Shown: one piece after another, positions 62,964 through 64,000 of the stretch
How positions within the stretch are numbered: the stretch's first letter is position 1
How the letters are laid out: every line of letters starts with the position of its first letter
Assembly (NCBI GenBank): GCA_038143065.1
Contig: JAYQLI010000035.1
Coordinates: 1,856,894 to 1,920,893, forward strand
Length of the DNA: 64,000 nucleotides
Origin: Rhodospirillales bacterium
Lineage (GTDB): Bacteria > Pseudomonadota > Alphaproteobacteria > Bin95
Direction: 5' to 3'
Made by a program: the position numbers and the translations under genes
Notes under the pieces: model-generated
The model's input: the letters and a program-made list of their open reading frames with translations, nothing else
Databases searched by the model: none
Told to the model about the DNA's origin: nothing

Positions 62964-63818
62964 TCAAGATACTTCGTCTAGAAAAGCGGTGACCGCCTCT
63001 ATAAATACGTCATTCTTGTCGCCAGCAACCATATGACCCGCAGCAGCTACATCCACAAATCGAGCGTTTGGAGCAAGGTCCACAAATTCTTGAGCGGTTT
63101 CTGGAGTAACCAAATCTGATTTTCCACCTCGAACAAGCAGTGCGGGCATTGCTAAGTGACGCGTGGCTTCCCTCATTCTAGCAGGATCGCGATCTTCCAT
63201 GCGTGTATCAATGTCCGTCATGAAGCCTGGATCCCAGTGCCAGTACCAACGACCGTCATCACGCCGCCTGAGATTTTTTTCCAAACCTGCATTAGATTTG
63301 GGGCGAGGACGGTCCGGAAGATAAGATGCAACATAGTCCGCAGCCTCATCGAGGTCTGCAAAACCGACATGCATTCGTGCTTGCATAAAGCTGATTATGC
63401 GCTCAACACCCGCGCGTTCAACGGTTGGAGTGATGTCCACAAAGATTACAGCACTTGCAACATCAGCAGGCTTCTGCGCCTCTCCAGCCCCAAGCATAGA
63501 GGCCAAGCCACCTAATGATGCGCCAACAACTGCTGGCGGCTGTTGCATAGAGGCGGTAACGGTGCGCATATCTCTAGCAAAGTCATCAATCTTATAAACA
63601 CCACTTGGAGCCCAGTCGCTCTCACCATGACCTCGCTGATCTAAGGCAATTGCCCTCCAGCCCCGTTCCGCAAGCGACCTAGCTGCAGCTCCCCAAGCGT
63701 GTTTGGTTTGACCTCCTCCATGCAGAAGCAAAACAGGGCGTCCATTTTGTGGTCCCAGGGCCTCACCGCGCAGGACAACACCATCACCCATTAAATATTC
63801 AATGTGTTCGACCTTCAT
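62964..63818 (-). CDS. Alpha/beta hydrolase
   Basis: LHGGGQT, DQRGHGES, GASLG, WHWDP, AGHMVAGD. Confidence 0.88.
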   Translation of the reverse strand: MKVEHIEYLMGDGVVLRGEALGPQNGRPVLLLHGGGQTKHAWGAAARSLAERGWRAIALDQRGHGESDWAPSGVYKIDDFARDMRTVTASMQQPPAVVGASLGGLASMLGAGEAQKPADVASAVIFVDITPTVERAGVERIISFMQARMHVGFADLDEAADYVASYLPDRPRPKSNAGLEKNLRRRDDGRWYWHWDPGFMTDIDTRMEDRDPARMREATRHLAMPALLVRGGKSDLVTPETAQEFVDLAPNARFVDVAAAGHMVAGDKNDVFIEAVTAFLDEVS

Positions 63819-64000
63819 CGAATTGGCTTTCGCAATGAGATTCCATATTCGATAGCTAATGGTTCGAGTGCCGGAATTATCGATGGGTGCAAGGCAACTC
63901 CACTTGCCAATGCTGCACGTTTCCTAGCCAGAGCGCCATCGCCAGGCATGCGGGCTGGAGGGTCTCCAGGGGCCGTGCGAGCTTCTCGACAAGCCTTAGA
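63815..64000 (-). CDS. C-terminus of an Ldh_2 family oxidoreductase (runs off the window edge)
   Basis: Own translation: ..SKACREARTAPGDPPARMPGDGALARKRAALASGVALHPSII..PIR*; its stop overlaps the hydrolase ATG. Confidence 0.55.
   Translation of the reverse strand, partial: SKACREARTAPGDPPARMPGDGALARKRAALASGVALHPSIIPALEPLAIEYGISLRKPIR

Noticed and set aside
249-63597. The many short antisense or overlapping ORFs in the six-frame track (e.g. 10483..10950-, 30222..30845+, 47144..47614-)
   Set aside because: They are shadows of well-supported genes on the other strand or frame, with no motifs of their own
1-64000. CRISPR array, IS/transposase, integrase, prophage or defence genes, rRNA
   Set aside because: No regularly spaced repeats, terminal inverted repeats or recognisable motifs; nearly all sequence is explained by metabolic or housekeeping CDS

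Overview
Gene-dense 64 kb chromosomal segment of an alphaproteobacterium. It looks Rhodospirillales-like from the yggT-yggU-folD and ribF-ileS-lspA-DUF3035-M16-M16-pgi-mutL blocks and from ialB; this is inference from gene content. I count about 61 CDS and two tRNAs (Pro-TGG, Arg-CCT). Core housekeeping genes alternate with many orphan catabolic enzymes: two stand-alone acyl-CoA carboxyltransferases, three luciferase-like (LLM) oxidoreductases, a DDN-type deazaflavin reductase, tandem acyl-CoA dehydrogenases, three Ldh_2 dehydrogenases, two MaoC dehydratases, a GGT plus amidase pair and three alpha/beta hydrolases. There is also an MntR-controlled Mn/Zn/Fe ABC importer and a Gld-like ABC/DUF4340 system. 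About 15 small frameshifts, nearly all in homopolymers and one in essential ribF, split otherwise intact genes; they most likely reflect long-read consensus error, so I reconstructed those genes. I saw no CRISPR array, IS element, integrase, phage gene or rRNA. Best candidates for undescribed biology: (1) a cupin-rubredoxin fusion behind a MaoC dehydratase, next to a TTC38-like protein; (2) an Asp/Glu-racemase-fold protein lacking both canonical catalytic Cys, clustered with a tandem DUF4286 protein, an F420-type LLM and a carboxyltransferase; (3) a GGT-fold hydrolase with a remodelled substrate pocket coupled to an amidase; (4) MutL with substitutions in its ATPase motif. All family calls come from motif recognition by eye; no database searches were run.
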